A DNA stretch of 64,000 bases from IMG/VR virus record IMGVR_UViG_3300043395_002349, positions 36,090-100,089 of that record; one strand, 5' to 3'. This document shows, in pieces, positions 31,466 through 41,157 of the stretch. Positions within the stretch are counted from its first letter, which is position 1, and every line of letters starts with the position of its first letter. A program made the translations under genes and the position numbers. The notes under the pieces were generated by a model that saw nothing but the letters and a program-made list of their open reading frames with translations, had not been told where the DNA came from and made no database searches. The stretch comes from a virus.

Positions 31466-32778
31466 TATACTAAATAATTATTTTTAGAAAGAGTAGTTTT
31501 AAGTTGTGTTTTAATTGTAGTTAATTGTGTTTTAAAAGGTGCCATTGGTCCAGGTCCTACTGTTGGTCCCATATAAGTGTTAAATTGCATATTATTGATT
31601 ACATCAATTAATTTTCCTATTAAATCAACTAATTTGTTACCTAAAATAGCCTGTTGGTCTGCCCCATCTTTACCGTGATATATTTTAGCACCGGTACCAA
31701 CTTTGAAAATAATATTTTTATTATTTTTTGCACTTATTTCAATATTTCCATTTTGTGAAACATATTTAATGCCCTTTTCACTATCAATTGTAACTACATC
31801 ATCACTAAATACACTAAATGCTTTTTTACTAAATAAGAATGTTTCTGCTGTTTTAGATGAAAGAATTACTCTACCACTATTAACAACAATCTGATCACCT
31901 ATTAATTGATCCGATGATGGATAGTTTTGATTTGCTTCTTTTTTAACCTTTATTGTAGATGAAAATAAAGTTTTATATTTGCCCGAAGTTATCTGAATTG
32001 AAGTTCCATCATTATTTATATCCTCACTTACAACATCAAATACTTTTTTCTTTTGATTGTCTGAACTTTCACCATTTCTAATTAAAATTGCGGGATATTG
32101 TATACCATTATTTGTATCATCGTGAATATATCCACTAAAACGAATACTATTACCAAATCTACCTTGTAATAAGGTATCACCTTCTTTTAATGCTAATTGA
32201 TGTATTCTTAAATTTCTTTTAAAGTACTTGCCGGCAAATCCTTTTCTAATTGTTTCATTTTTACCAGAATTACCCGTTGTAATTTCAGAAATCCCAACCT
32301 GTGAATGTTCATTATATGATTCTGATTTTTCACCTGGATTTGTAATTTCCCCTTCCTTTGAAAATTTATGATTTATTAAATACAATTCTTTATTTGTACT
32401 AAAATTTGGTGAATTTTCATATGAAATTTTTTCATAAAAATCTCTACCTGCTAAATTATATATTTTTACAAATTCTCCAACAACCGGTATATTTAATAAA
32501 TCTCTTTTATATGGAAATGCATATGGTAAAATCTCTTCATTTAATTCTTTACCCGAACCAATTAGTTTGTATTTAATAGAAGCATAAAATAATGTATTCT
32601 TATCAATATAATCCGATTCTGAAATTTCCTGATAAATTTTTTCGATTTCGGGCAATTCCTGTTTTATATCATCAATATTTAATATGACTCTCTCAACAAT
32701 TGCAATTTCAAAAGGTACTGGTTCAGTACCCGGCTTAATTAATGCGTGTGTGTATGTAGATGAAAAAAAGTTACTCAT
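31465..32778 (-). CDS. Baseplate hub/spike protein (gp5/gpV-like)
   Basis: IPVVGEFV (OB-fold), EGDTLLQGRFGNSIRF, beta-repeat region, C-terminal AILGNKLVDLI. Confidence 0.65.
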   Translation of the reverse strand: MSNFFSSTYTHALIKPGTEPVPFEIAIVERVILNIDDIKQELPEIEKIYQEISESDYIDKNTLFYASIKYKLIGSGKELNEEILPYAFPYKRDLLNIPVVGEFVKIYNLAGRDFYEKISYENSPNFSTNKELYLINHKFSKEGEITNPGEKSESYNEHSQVGISEITTGNSGKNETIRKGFAGKYFKRNLRIHQLALKEGDTLLQGRFGNSIRFSGYIHDDTNNGIQYPAILIRNGESSDNQKKKVFDVVSEDINNDGTSIQITSGKYKTLFSSTIKVKKEANQNYPSSDQLIGDQIVVNSGRVILSSKTAETFLFSKKAFSVFSDDVVTIDSEKGIKYVSQNGNIEISAKNNKNIIFKVGTGAKIYHGKDGADQQAILGNKLVDLIGKLIDVINNMQFNTYMGPTVGPGPMAPFKTQLTTIKTQLKTTLSKNNYLV

Positions 32779-33200
32779 TATTTACTTAATGTTTCTTTTA
32801 ACATATCAATCTCATATTCCAAATCTTCAATTTTATCATCAGTTTTGGTTTCGATTTGTTTTGCTGTTTCTTCTAATTCATTTAATAATTGTTTCTTATC
32901 ATCTTCACTTAACCAACCTTCATCGCCAGATTTTTTAGTATTTGCTAAAACTAATCTTTGTGCAATTGTTGCTATCTTAATAAGTGCATCATCATTAGAA
33001 ATACTTGCTTCTATAAGTTGTGTAATAATTGGTCCTATCATCGCTACATCGGATGGTTTAGTTACCAATTTTCTCATTTCTTCAATCAAAGCAGATATAT
33101 TCTTTTTCTTTGATTGTTGATTTTCGTAAATATCTTCTAAAATACCACTAAATGATTTGCCTTTAAACAAAGGAAAATCCATATCAATATTATTTGCCAT
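32778..33200 (-). CDS. Hypothetical helical protein
   Basis: 140 aa; TATTTATA upstream. Confidence 0.6.
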   Translation of the reverse strand: MANNIDMDFPLFKGKSFSGILEDIYENQQSKKKNISALIEEMRKLVTKPSDVAMIGPIITQLIEASISNDDALIKIATIAQRLVLANTKKSGDEGWLSEDDKKQLLNELEETAKQIETKTDDKIEDLEYEIDMLKETLSK

Positions 33201-33235
33201 AAAATCTTTTTTATAAATATCGAAGGATAAAAAAC

Positions 33236-34945
33236 TTACTTACTTATTAAGTAATTACCTAAAACCAAATAATCCATTTCACAATCGTAAAATGTTTTTA
33301 TTGCAGTTTCAGGATCCAAAACCATAGTTTGACCTCTAAGATTAAATGAGGTATTAAGTAATATAGGATAACCACTTAGTTTTTCAAACTTTTTTAGTAA
33401 CATATAAATAAGTGGGTTAAATGTAGAACGAACTGTCTGAACTCGCGCACTTCCATCAATATGTGTAATAGAAGGTAAACCTGCAATAAAATCATCTTTT
33501 ACTTGAAATACTTGGTTCATATATGGAACTTCTTGTCCACACATATCAAAGTATTTATTTGCATCTTCAAATGAAACCATTGGTGCAAATGGTCTAAACC
33601 CTTCTCTCTTTTTAATTACTCTATTTACCTTTGGTTTAATATTAGGTATAGTTGGATTTGCTAATATAGAACGATTTCCCAAAGCTCTTTGTCCAAATTC
33701 ACTTCCATCTTGAAACCAACCAATTATTGCACCATCGCTGATTAATTCAGCAACTCGTTCTGTTAGTGGATAATAATTAGTGTATCTTTTATATTTGTCC
33801 GATGGTACTAATTTTACAATTGCATTCAAACAATCAACAGTTGAATGTGAAGGTCCTAAAAACGGAGTAGTATTTTCAATTTTCTTAGAATTTATATCTT
33901 TCATCCAACTCCATAAAGCAGCTCCAATTGCACTACCCGCATCAGATGGTGCAGGTGGCACATATACATTTTTATAATTTGTATATTTTGTTATTTTACC
34001 ATTTGCCAACCCATTATAAGCACAACCACCACTTAAACAAAGATTTTCATTTTTACTATGTGTTTGAAAGCTATTTAATAATTTGAAAAATAATCTTTCA
34101 TAATGTGCCTGTAATGAAAATGCAATATCTTTGTGTACTTGTTCTAACTCACTTTCTGGAATACGTGGTGTTATACCAAACAATTCAGCCATTTTTTCAG
34201 TATACATTTCTCTTTCTGAGTAGTGAAATGAAAAATATTTTAAATTAAGTTCAATATGATTGCTATCTGTAATTTTTGCTAATTGTTCAAATTCTTTTTT
34301 AAATTTATCTTTTGAACTACCGTATGCTGCTAATCCCATAACTTTATATTCACCACTATTAGGTTTAAATCCTAAGAATGCGGTGATTGTTGCATAAAGT
34401 AATCCTAACGAATGTGGAAAATAATTTCTTTCTAAAGGTTGTATGTATCTACCTTTTACTCCTAATGCACAAATTGATGTTTCATTTTCACCAACACCAT
34501 CAATTGAAATTAAATCTGCATTATCATACGGAGAAGTATAAAAAGAATATGCTAAATGTGATATATGATGTTCACAATATTGTATAATACCTTTATATCC
34601 TAGTTGTGTTCTTATAATTTTTTCAATATCATTATCTTTCTTCCAATTCCAAAGTTTTTTTGTTAATCTCCATGTTTTTGGAAAATATTTATGATATTGT
34701 TCTTTAAATCTTTCGTATTTCTTTTTTGGATCTTCGTACCAAACAATTTTATCTATTTGGTTTATTTTAATTCTATTTTGTTTTAGAATCCACTTAATTG
34801 AATTTATAGGAAATCTACTATCGTGTTTTATACCTGTGAATCGTTCTTCTTCTTGTGCTGAAACTACTTTTCCATCTATAATAAGTGCAGCGGCTGAATC
34901 GTGATAGTAACCTGAAATTCCTAAAATTTTCATCATTTTCTCCAA
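33236..34945 (-). CDS. O-carbamoyltransferase (NodU/CmcH family)
   Basis: HDSAAA, EERF..KH, HHISH, DGVGE, EYKVMGLAAYG, EFGQRALGNRSILA, KKREGFRPFAP, NTSFN. Confidence 0.95.
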   Translation of the reverse strand: MEKMMKILGISGYYHDSAAALIIDGKVVSAQEEERFTGIKHDSRFPINSIKWILKQNRIKINQIDKIVWYEDPKKKYERFKEQYHKYFPKTWRLTKKLWNWKKDNDIEKIIRTQLGYKGIIQYCEHHISHLAYSFYTSPYDNADLISIDGVGENETSICALGVKGRYIQPLERNYFPHSLGLLYATITAFLGFKPNSGEYKVMGLAAYGSSKDKFKKEFEQLAKITDSNHIELNLKYFSFHYSEREMYTEKMAELFGITPRIPESELEQVHKDIAFSLQAHYERLFFKLLNSFQTHSKNENLCLSGGCAYNGLANGKITKYTNYKNVYVPPAPSDAGSAIGAALWSWMKDINSKKIENTTPFLGPSHSTVDCLNAIVKLVPSDKYKRYTNYYPLTERVAELISDGAIIGWFQDGSEFGQRALGNRSILANPTIPNIKPKVNRVIKKREGFRPFAPMVSFEDANKYFDMCGQEVPYMNQVFQVKDDFIAGLPSITHIDGSARVQTVRSTFNPLIYMLLKKFEKLSGYPILLNTSFNLRGQTMVLDPETAIKTFYDCEMDYLVLGNYLISK

Positions 34946-35649
34946 ACAAATTCGTTTTCTTTTTGTGTTATATCACCTTCATCTAAAAATTGATAATATA
35001 ACTTTAATTGAGTTTCTTTCATTTTTGAAACAACTTTAGTTATATAATGTGTTTTATAACCTGTCATTTCTCTTACCAATAAGTATAATGATTTTTTATT
35101 AAATGACTCAATATATTCTGCTCTTCTGAAGAGTTCTAAAACAGCGTCTGCAATTTGTATATCCCTTTTTTTAGTAAACTCTCTATTTAAATTAATATCC
35201 CAATACTCTAACATTCTTTCATTGAATGTTTTAAATTCTTCATTGTGTGTCGTTTGTTTAAAATCATTTTCTAAATCCCAACTCTCAGGCATTTCACTAA
35301 TTTGTGCTGTTGCCTTAAATCTTTTATAATTTGAATTATTATTTAAAATAAGATAGTTACGAGCTGCTATTGTAAAATAACTAAATGCTTTACCTTTGCC
35401 TTCTTCAAATTTATGTATTTTCTCTAATAAAAAAGATATAACTTCAAATTTAATATCTTCTTTATCATCATCAAAATAAGTGAAAGCCCATGTATTCAAT
35501 ACATTTTCAGCTAGCTTATAAAATGAATAATGGATATGTTCTGCGTAAAGTTTATCCCTTTCTTTTTGATCCGTTGATTTATTGAATGCTATTATAGCTT
35601 TTTCGGTATCTTCTGTAAAATATCTGGTATCTTTTTTCTTTCTTGCCAT
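34933..35649 (-). CDS. Phage late sigma factor (T4 gp55-like)
   Basis: Region 2-like DIKFEVISFLLEKIHKF...KAFSYFTIAARNY; no region 4. Confidence 0.7.
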   Translation of the reverse strand: MARKKKDTRYFTEDTEKAIIAFNKSTDQKERDKLYAEHIHYSFYKLAENVLNTWAFTYFDDDKEDIKFEVISFLLEKIHKFEEGKGKAFSYFTIAARNYLILNNNSNYKRFKATAQISEMPESWDLENDFKQTTHNEEFKTFNERMLEYWDINLNREFTKKRDIQIADAVLELFRRAEYIESFNKKSLYLLVREMTGYKTHYITKVVSKMKETQLKLYYQFLDEGDITQKENEFVWRK

Positions 35650-35900
35650 TATTCGCCTCTTAATATTTTTTCGTTCTTCTCAATTAAATTTTTTAAATCA
35701 GTAAATGTAGAACCTACTTCATCATCACTTTCAAATGCACCGGTTGAATCTATCTCTTTCATAGCTTTAACAATTGATGTATATGTATTTAGATTTTCAA
35801 TTAACATATCTTCATATCTTTCTAATTTTTTTAGAAGATTCCATATACCATATCCAGCTGCTGCTAAAACTATGATTAAAATTATTATTATAAATTCCAT
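35649..35900 (-). CDS. Small membrane-anchored hypothetical protein
   Basis: N-terminal hydrophobic helix; FESDDEVG. Confidence 0.6.
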   Translation of the reverse strand: MEFIIIILIIVLAAAGYGIWNLLKKLERYEDMLIENLNTYTSIVKAMKEIDSTGAFESDDEVGSTFTDLKNLIEKNEKILRGE

Positions 35901-35903
35901 AAA

Positions 35904-36521
35904 TTAAACGATTTCGTATCCTTGATTAAAATAATCTTTAATTTTCTTCTTTTTCACCATAACAGTTTCTTCACCTTTTTTCATCATTACTTTTTCATTT
36001 CTACCCATATGTTCAAATGAAGATTTAATAAGGGTTTCAGTGTATTGTCTATCTCTAATAGTTAAACCATTTAAATGGTCAATTTCATGTTGTACACAAA
36101 CTGCTTCCAATAAATCTAAATCGGAAAATAATTCATTAATATCTTTATGACCTCTTTTTTCAGTTCCAAATTCTAATACTTCTGGAAAATTATCTGCCTT
36201 AACCTTTACACCAAATGCTCTAACCGTTTTAATTGGTTTTCTCATAGTTTTTGGTAAAGATAAACATCCTTCAAAATAAACTAAACTTTCTTCGGTATAA
36301 GAAACAATTTCAGGATTAACCAAAATTAATGGTTCATCTTTTACGTTTACTACACAAATTCTTTTATTTAGTCCAATTTGGTTTGCACTCATTCCCAACC
36401 CTTTATGTTCAACTACGGATGTTAATAAAGCTGCTGTTGCTAATTCTTGTTCTTCTTTTGTAAATCTTGAAACTGGAATTGGTTGTTTCAATATTTTAGT
36501 GTCTGTAATTATTTTGATCAT
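35904..36521 (-). CDS. def: Peptide deformylase
   Basis: GLGMSANQIG, EGCLS, QHEIDHLNG. Confidence 0.95.
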   Translation of the reverse strand: MIKIITDTKILKQPIPVSRFTKEEQELATAALLTSVVEHKGLGMSANQIGLNKRICVVNVKDEPLILVNPEIVSYTEESLVYFEGCLSLPKTMRKPIKTVRAFGVKVKADNFPEVLEFGTEKRGHKDINELFSDLDLLEAVCVQHEIDHLNGLTIRDRQYTETLIKSSFEHMGRNEKVMMKKGEETVMVKKKKIKDYFNQGYEIV

Positions 36522-36540
36522 TTTATATAATTTATATATA

Positions 36541-36572
36541 CAAATATATTATTTTAATTTAACTATTCCAAA
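36541..36572 (-). promoter_or_regulatory. Bacteroidota-type sigma70 promoter
   Basis: TTTG-N20-TATATTTG, an exact consensus match, upstream of def. Confidence 0.75.
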
Positions 36573-36577
36573 TTATT

Positions 36578-37612
36578 TTAGAATAAATTCCAATTAACCA
36601 TAACTTCTTTAACAAATTTTTCCCAATAATAATAGGTTGGATGTCCTGTATCGAAAAATATTCCTTCTTTCATTTTATTTTTTGCACTTTCTATTGTCAT
36701 TTTTACTACAATATCCGTAGTATTTTCATGTCCAAATGATTGTGATATATCTTCTACATACAAAGCAGTATATTCAGTGTCTCCTTCTTTATATTCATTA
36801 TTTTTAAAAATCCACTCATGTATACCACCATATTTTAAATTATCATCTTCAAAAAACCATATATGTTCAGTATCTAATAAATTAAATAAATCAAAAACGT
36901 ATGGATCATAATTTATATTACCCAATAATTCTTTTTGTGGGAAAGTTTTATCAATAAAAAAACTTTTAAAATATGTTTCTACGTTTGTTTTATTTAATTG
37001 AAAAAAAGGTGAAAATGGTTTAGAAAAAACATCAAAATCAAAAAATATTTTGTATTGAATATTATTTGCTTTACAAAAATTTTGTAATAACAATAAATGT
37101 GTTAACGCTCGTATTTCAGAGTGTTCATGTGAAAAAGTATGATTTGATATTGATTCTGCTATTTTATATATTTGTTTATTTTCAAATGAATTTTCATTAA
37201 CATTATGAATTCCACCAAATAAATAAAAACCAGACATATCATCAGTAAACAAATATGAATTAGGAACGGGTGAACCCATTCGTTTGTATATGCCTTTTCT
37301 ATGTAAAGTTTCTTTTGAAAAATAAACAGAGGGTCTATAAAAATCAGGACAATTTAAAATTATGGAAAAATTAGAATTTCCTTCTTTTATTAATTTTGTT
37401 GCAAAAGATATAATTGATAAAACTGCTGGTTCTACTGAATTTCCTGCTACGGCTAAATTGTAGATTTTATTTCCATATAAATTATGTATTACTTCAGGAA
37501 ATGAATTTGTACCATAATTTTGGTTAAGTCCTCCAATACCTTGATAAAATACATTCTTATCTGCGTTTCTATAAGAAGTATTTGAACCACCACTACAAAT
37601 TATTTCTTTCAT
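36578..37612 (-). CDS. SGNH/GDSL-like hydrolase
   Basis: SGGSNT block I, NLAVAGNS, C-terminal DTGHP. Confidence 0.6.
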   Translation of the reverse strand: MKEIICSGGSNTSYRNADKNVFYQGIGGLNQNYGTNSFPEVIHNLYGNKIYNLAVAGNSVEPAVLSIISFATKLIKEGNSNFSIILNCPDFYRPSVYFSKETLHRKGIYKRMGSPVPNSYLFTDDMSGFYLFGGIHNVNENSFENKQIYKIAESISNHTFSHEHSEIRALTHLLLLQNFCKANNIQYKIFFDFDVFSKPFSPFFQLNKTNVETYFKSFFIDKTFPQKELLGNINYDPYVFDLFNLLDTEHIWFFEDDNLKYGGIHEWIFKNNEYKEGDTEYTALYVEDISQSFGHENTTDIVVKMTIESAKNKMKEGIFFDTGHPTYYYWEKFVKEVMVNWNLF

Positions 37613-38173
37613 TTAATTTTTAAAAATAATTATTAAATTTCCAGGCTGTGAAGTATATACATTTTCATATCCAAAAATATTATAAATATATTCTCGTATT
37701 GCTGGTTGATTGATATCTTCAATTACATAGTAACCACCATTTTCGACTCTTTCATATAAATTATTAAAAGTAGATATTTGCGCTTCAGCTGTATGTAATC
37801 CATCATCAATTATAATTTTAAATTTCATATCTTCTAATGCTACATCACATTCAAATTTTGAAGTTGAATCAAATAAAAAAGTTTTAATTCTATCTTCTTC
37901 AAACTGTGTATCAAACTGAATATCTCCACCATATATCATTGCATTTTTAAAATATTCTTGCCAACTTCTTAAACTAGCACCTGGTTTATAATTTGGTACA
38001 CTTGTGTTCACCATACTGCTTTGTACACCTGGTATTATCGTACCAATTCCTATTTCTAACATCGAAAACTTTTCGTTTCTAATTGGTTCAAATACTTCTT
38101 CATATTTTGGTGTATAATTACTTAAATTTTTATCACTGCCATACAAGTCAATAATTTCTGTTAATGTTTTCAT
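37613..38173 (-). CDS. Class I SAM-dependent (sugar O-)methyltransferase
   Basis: MLEIGIG...GASLRSW...IIIDDGLH...GGYYVIED. Confidence 0.85.
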   Translation of the reverse strand: MKTLTEIIDLYGSDKNLSNYTPKYEEVFEPIRNEKFSMLEIGIGTIIPGVQSSMVNTSVPNYKPGASLRSWQEYFKNAMIYGGDIQFDTQFEEDRIKTFLFDSTSKFECDVALEDMKFKIIIDDGLHTAEAQISTFNNLYERVENGGYYVIEDINQPAIREYIYNIFGYENVYTSQPGNLIIIFKN

Positions 38174-38183
38174 ATTTTATTTT

Positions 38184-38840
38184 TTAAATTTTTTCAAAAT
38201 ACCCACCAACATCAAATTTAGATTTCATATTGATTGATCCAGCTTCGTTTGGTATAAATTTATTAGGGTCTACTAAACGGAAATCTACCGATACTCTCGT
38301 TTCACTACTTTCGTTTGGTTTATTACCATGAAATAAATTTGCACCACTAAATACTAAAATTTCACCATATTTTACTTCATATGGTCTATAATCACCTTTA
38401 TCTTCTTTACTTTCCATCCAAATAGTGTTATACTCATTGGTATTTACAAATGGCATCCAAAAATTCACTTCGGTTGTGCCGTGATTGTAAGTTCTATCTT
38501 TATGCCACTCACCTACACCTAAATTACCTTCTGCTAATTGAACTCTAAATGTTGGGATAGCCTGATAAATGATTTCATCATATCCAAATCTATCTTTAAG
38601 TTCTTTTACTAATTCTAAATATGTTGGTAAAAATTCGTTTTTATATTTTTCGTAATATCTTTTATGCCAAATAGTAGATTGGTCTTTTTCTCTTACTAAA
38701 ACATCATAATGTTCTAATTTATGCAAATCTTCCAATGGAATAGTATCTCCATCCCATACTTCTAACATTTCTGAAACTATTTTTCTAAATGGATACTTTT
38801 GTGTATCGTAACTGATTTTATATGGTGTTGCTAAATACAT
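38184..38840 (-). CDS. Fe(II)/2OG dioxygenase (PhyH/StrG-like)
   Basis: WHKD...VNFWMP...HGNKPN...RVSVDFR. Confidence 0.75.
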   Translation of the reverse strand: MYLATPYKISYDTQKYPFRKIVSEMLEVWDGDTIPLEDLHKLEHYDVLVREKDQSTIWHKRYYEKYKNEFLPTYLELVKELKDRFGYDEIIYQAIPTFRVQLAEGNLGVGEWHKDRTYNHGTTEVNFWMPFVNTNEYNTIWMESKEDKGDYRPYEVKYGEILVFSGANLFHGNKPNESSETRVSVDFRLVDPNKFIPNEAGSINMKSKFDVGGYFEKI

Positions 38841-38842
38841 AA

Positions 38843-39478
38843 CTAAAATAAATTATATTGTTGTTTTAATTTTAAATCGTTTTCTTTAATTTTATTGAAT
38901 TCAATATCATTTGCATTTGCAGTATGCGTTGCCGAAACTTCACCTTCAACTTTAAAATTTACTAATTTGTAATTTTGTTTCCCCGCATTCCTATTTGTAA
39001 CAAATAACCAATCATCTTGTCCCCAAATCTTCATTTCTTCTGGTATTTCATTGTAGCTTTTTTTATGTACCCATAATGCACACCCCCATCCACCATTTCT
39101 ATGATTAATAGGCTCTAATCCGATACCCGATGTTTGTATAATATCATATGCGTTTTCTGCTAAACCGATTAGTCCTATTTTTGGTGTTATATAATCATAT
39201 AATGTATCTAATATTCTCCAATCCATCCAAGTATCATCATTTAAAATAAACAATCTATCATATGCAGCAAATTTAGCTCCTTTATTCCATGGAGCTGTTA
39301 CATATGTATTTTTTCCTTCTAAAATATGAGTAACTTTATCTAAGTTTTTAATTTTATTTGAATTTGATGTATTATCAAATAAAAGTATTTCTCCTACCAA
39401 TGGATGTGAATTTAGTTCTATAAGAGTTTGGTGTAATCTCTCACATTTCCACATTGTAGGTATAATAACTGAATACAT
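38843..39478 (-). CDS. Glycosyltransferase family 2
   Basis: SVIIPT...FDN...WNKG...LNDD...GQDDW. Confidence 0.85.
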   Translation of the reverse strand: MYSVIIPTMWKCERLHQTLIELNSHPLVGEILLFDNTSNSNKIKNLDKVTHILEGKNTYVTAPWNKGAKFAAYDRLFILNDDTWMDWRILDTLYDYITPKIGLIGLAENAYDIIQTSGIGLEPINHRNGGWGCALWVHKKSYNEIPEEMKIWGQDDWLFVTNRNAGKQNYKLVNFKVEGEVSATHTANANDIEFNKIKENDLKLKQQYNLF

Positions 39479-39494
39479 AATTTTTTAATTTATT

Positions 39495-39827
39495 TTATAA
39501 TGAAAAACTTTCACCACATCCACATGTTCTGGATGCGTTTGGATTTTCCCATACAAACCCCTTACCATTTAAACCATCTGAATAAGTTAATTGTGTACCA
39601 AATAAATACAATACTGATTTTCTATCAATAACTACTTTTAATCCTGCTTCCACTTCTACAACTTCATCAGTATCTTCTATTGTATCATCGAAATCCATAA
39701 CGTAAGAAAGACCGGAACACCCACCACCTTTCACACCAACTCTTAAGTGATGCGTATCAGGCGTTATTCCACCTTCTATCATTAAGTTTAATACTTTATC
39801 TAATGCTTTTTCACTTAGAGTAATCAT
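39495..39827 (-). CDS. iscA: A-type Fe-S carrier (IscA/HesB)
   Basis: GGGCSGLSY...NPNASRTCGCGESF. Confidence 0.95.
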   Translation of the reverse strand: MITLSEKALDKVLNLMIEGGITPDTHHLRVGVKGGGCSGLSYVMDFDDTIEDTDEVVEVEAGLKVVIDRKSVLYLFGTQLTYSDGLNGKGFVWENPNASRTCGCGESFSL

Positions 39828-40234
39828 ATGTGTGATTCTTCAAATATTAGCTGTTCTAAACCTTGTTTTTTTCTATAATCATTTATAGCAGATTTAATTG
39901 CATCTTCTGCCAATACTGAGCAGTGTATTTTAACTGGAGGTAGATTTAATTCTTCTACCAAATCCATATTGTCAATTGTTACCGCTTCATCCAAACTCTT
40001 ACCTTTCAACCATTCGGTTGCAAGAGAAGATGCTGCAATTGCTGAACCACAACCAAATGTTTTAAATTTAGCATCGGTTATGATACCATCGTTTACTTCA
40101 ATTTGTAATCTCATTACGTCACCACACTCCGGAGCACCTACTAAACCAGTTCCAACATTAGATTTAGATTTATCTAATGTTCCTACATTTTTAGGATTAG
40201 AGTAATGGTCAAGCACTTTTTCTGAGTAAGCCAT
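39824..40234 (-). CDS. iscU: Fe-S cluster scaffold IscU
   Basis: YSEKVLDHY.NP.NVG, APECGDVM, FGCGSAIA, LPPVKIHCS. Confidence 0.97.
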   Translation of the reverse strand: MAYSEKVLDHYSNPKNVGTLDKSKSNVGTGLVGAPECGDVMRLQIEVNDGIITDAKFKTFGCGSAIAASSLATEWLKGKSLDEAVTIDNMDLVEELNLPPVKIHCSVLAEDAIKSAINDYRKKQGLEQLIFEESHI

Positions 40235-41111
40235 AATTATTATCCCTATATTTTAATATTGTTAAATCTTTTTGTTTTGCCTCTACCATAATGTCTACTT
40301 TCACACCATAAGTATCAATTGTTTCACAAATATAATCAGAATGAGCCTGTGGTTTTTTATCGGTTGCACTTTCAGAATAGTGTACTGCTGGTGTTATATC
40401 TTCAGGCCATGTTGTTATAGCTAATTTCAATGCCTGTTCTTCGGTTAGGTCGCCTGTACAAAATTTATGATGATGATAATCAAATACAATTGGAATATTG
40501 ATTGCATTGTGAATATACATTAAATCTTTAACAGAATACATTGAGGCCTTATCATCATTCTCAATTGTAAGCCTATTTTGCACCGATTTAGAGAGTCTTC
40601 CAAAATTAGTGATAAATCTATCCATTGCACTCTTTTTATCCCCATATACCCCATTACAATGAATATTAATCTTGTTGTAAGGTGTTTGCGATAATTTCAT
40701 TGCATCCATAATTTTACCATGCACTTCCAAATCGTTAATTGTGTTTTGTACTACACTCTCTTTAGGTGAAGTCAATACACAAAAGGGACCTGGGTGAAAA
40801 GTTAAACGTTGTCCATATAATGATGCTTTACTACCAATACGCTCTAATATAGTTTTGATAGCTAGCCAATCTTTTAGTTGTGTAAATTCATATTCAGTAG
40901 CCCATGGGAACATATCACTACTCATTCGATAGAATTTTATTCCATTTTGTTCATTCCAATCTATAATTTTCTCTAAATCGGTAACATTTAATAGGACTAG
41001 GTCGGACACATAATCTAAACCCTTAGCTAAAAAGGTTTTTTTAATCATTGTTCGATTAGGGGTAATTTTCTTACCCAAACTAAGATTTATACAAGCATAA
41101 CCTAAATTCAT
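40209..41111 (-). CDS. uvsE: UV DNA damage endonuclease
   Basis: LGYACIN, RMSSDMFP, HPG, ENDD, DYHHH, HYS, AHSD, EAKQKD. Confidence 0.95.
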   Translation of the reverse strand: MNLGYACINLSLGKKITPNRTMIKKTFLAKGLDYVSDLVLLNVTDLEKIIDWNEQNGIKFYRMSSDMFPWATEYEFTQLKDWLAIKTILERIGSKASLYGQRLTFHPGPFCVLTSPKESVVQNTINDLEVHGKIMDAMKLSQTPYNKINIHCNGVYGDKKSAMDRFITNFGRLSKSVQNRLTIENDDKASMYSVKDLMYIHNAINIPIVFDYHHHKFCTGDLTEEQALKLAITTWPEDITPAVHYSESATDKKPQAHSDYICETIDTYGVKVDIMVEAKQKDLTILKYRDNNYGLLRKSA

Positions 41112-41125
41112 AACTATAATTTAGT

Positions 41126-41157
41126 TAAAGATAAGAAAAATTGTTCAAATTACCAAA
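41126..41157 (-). promoter_or_regulatory. Bacteroidota-type promoter upstream of uvsE-iscU-iscA
   Basis: TTTG-N20-TATCTTTA. Confidence 0.6.
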
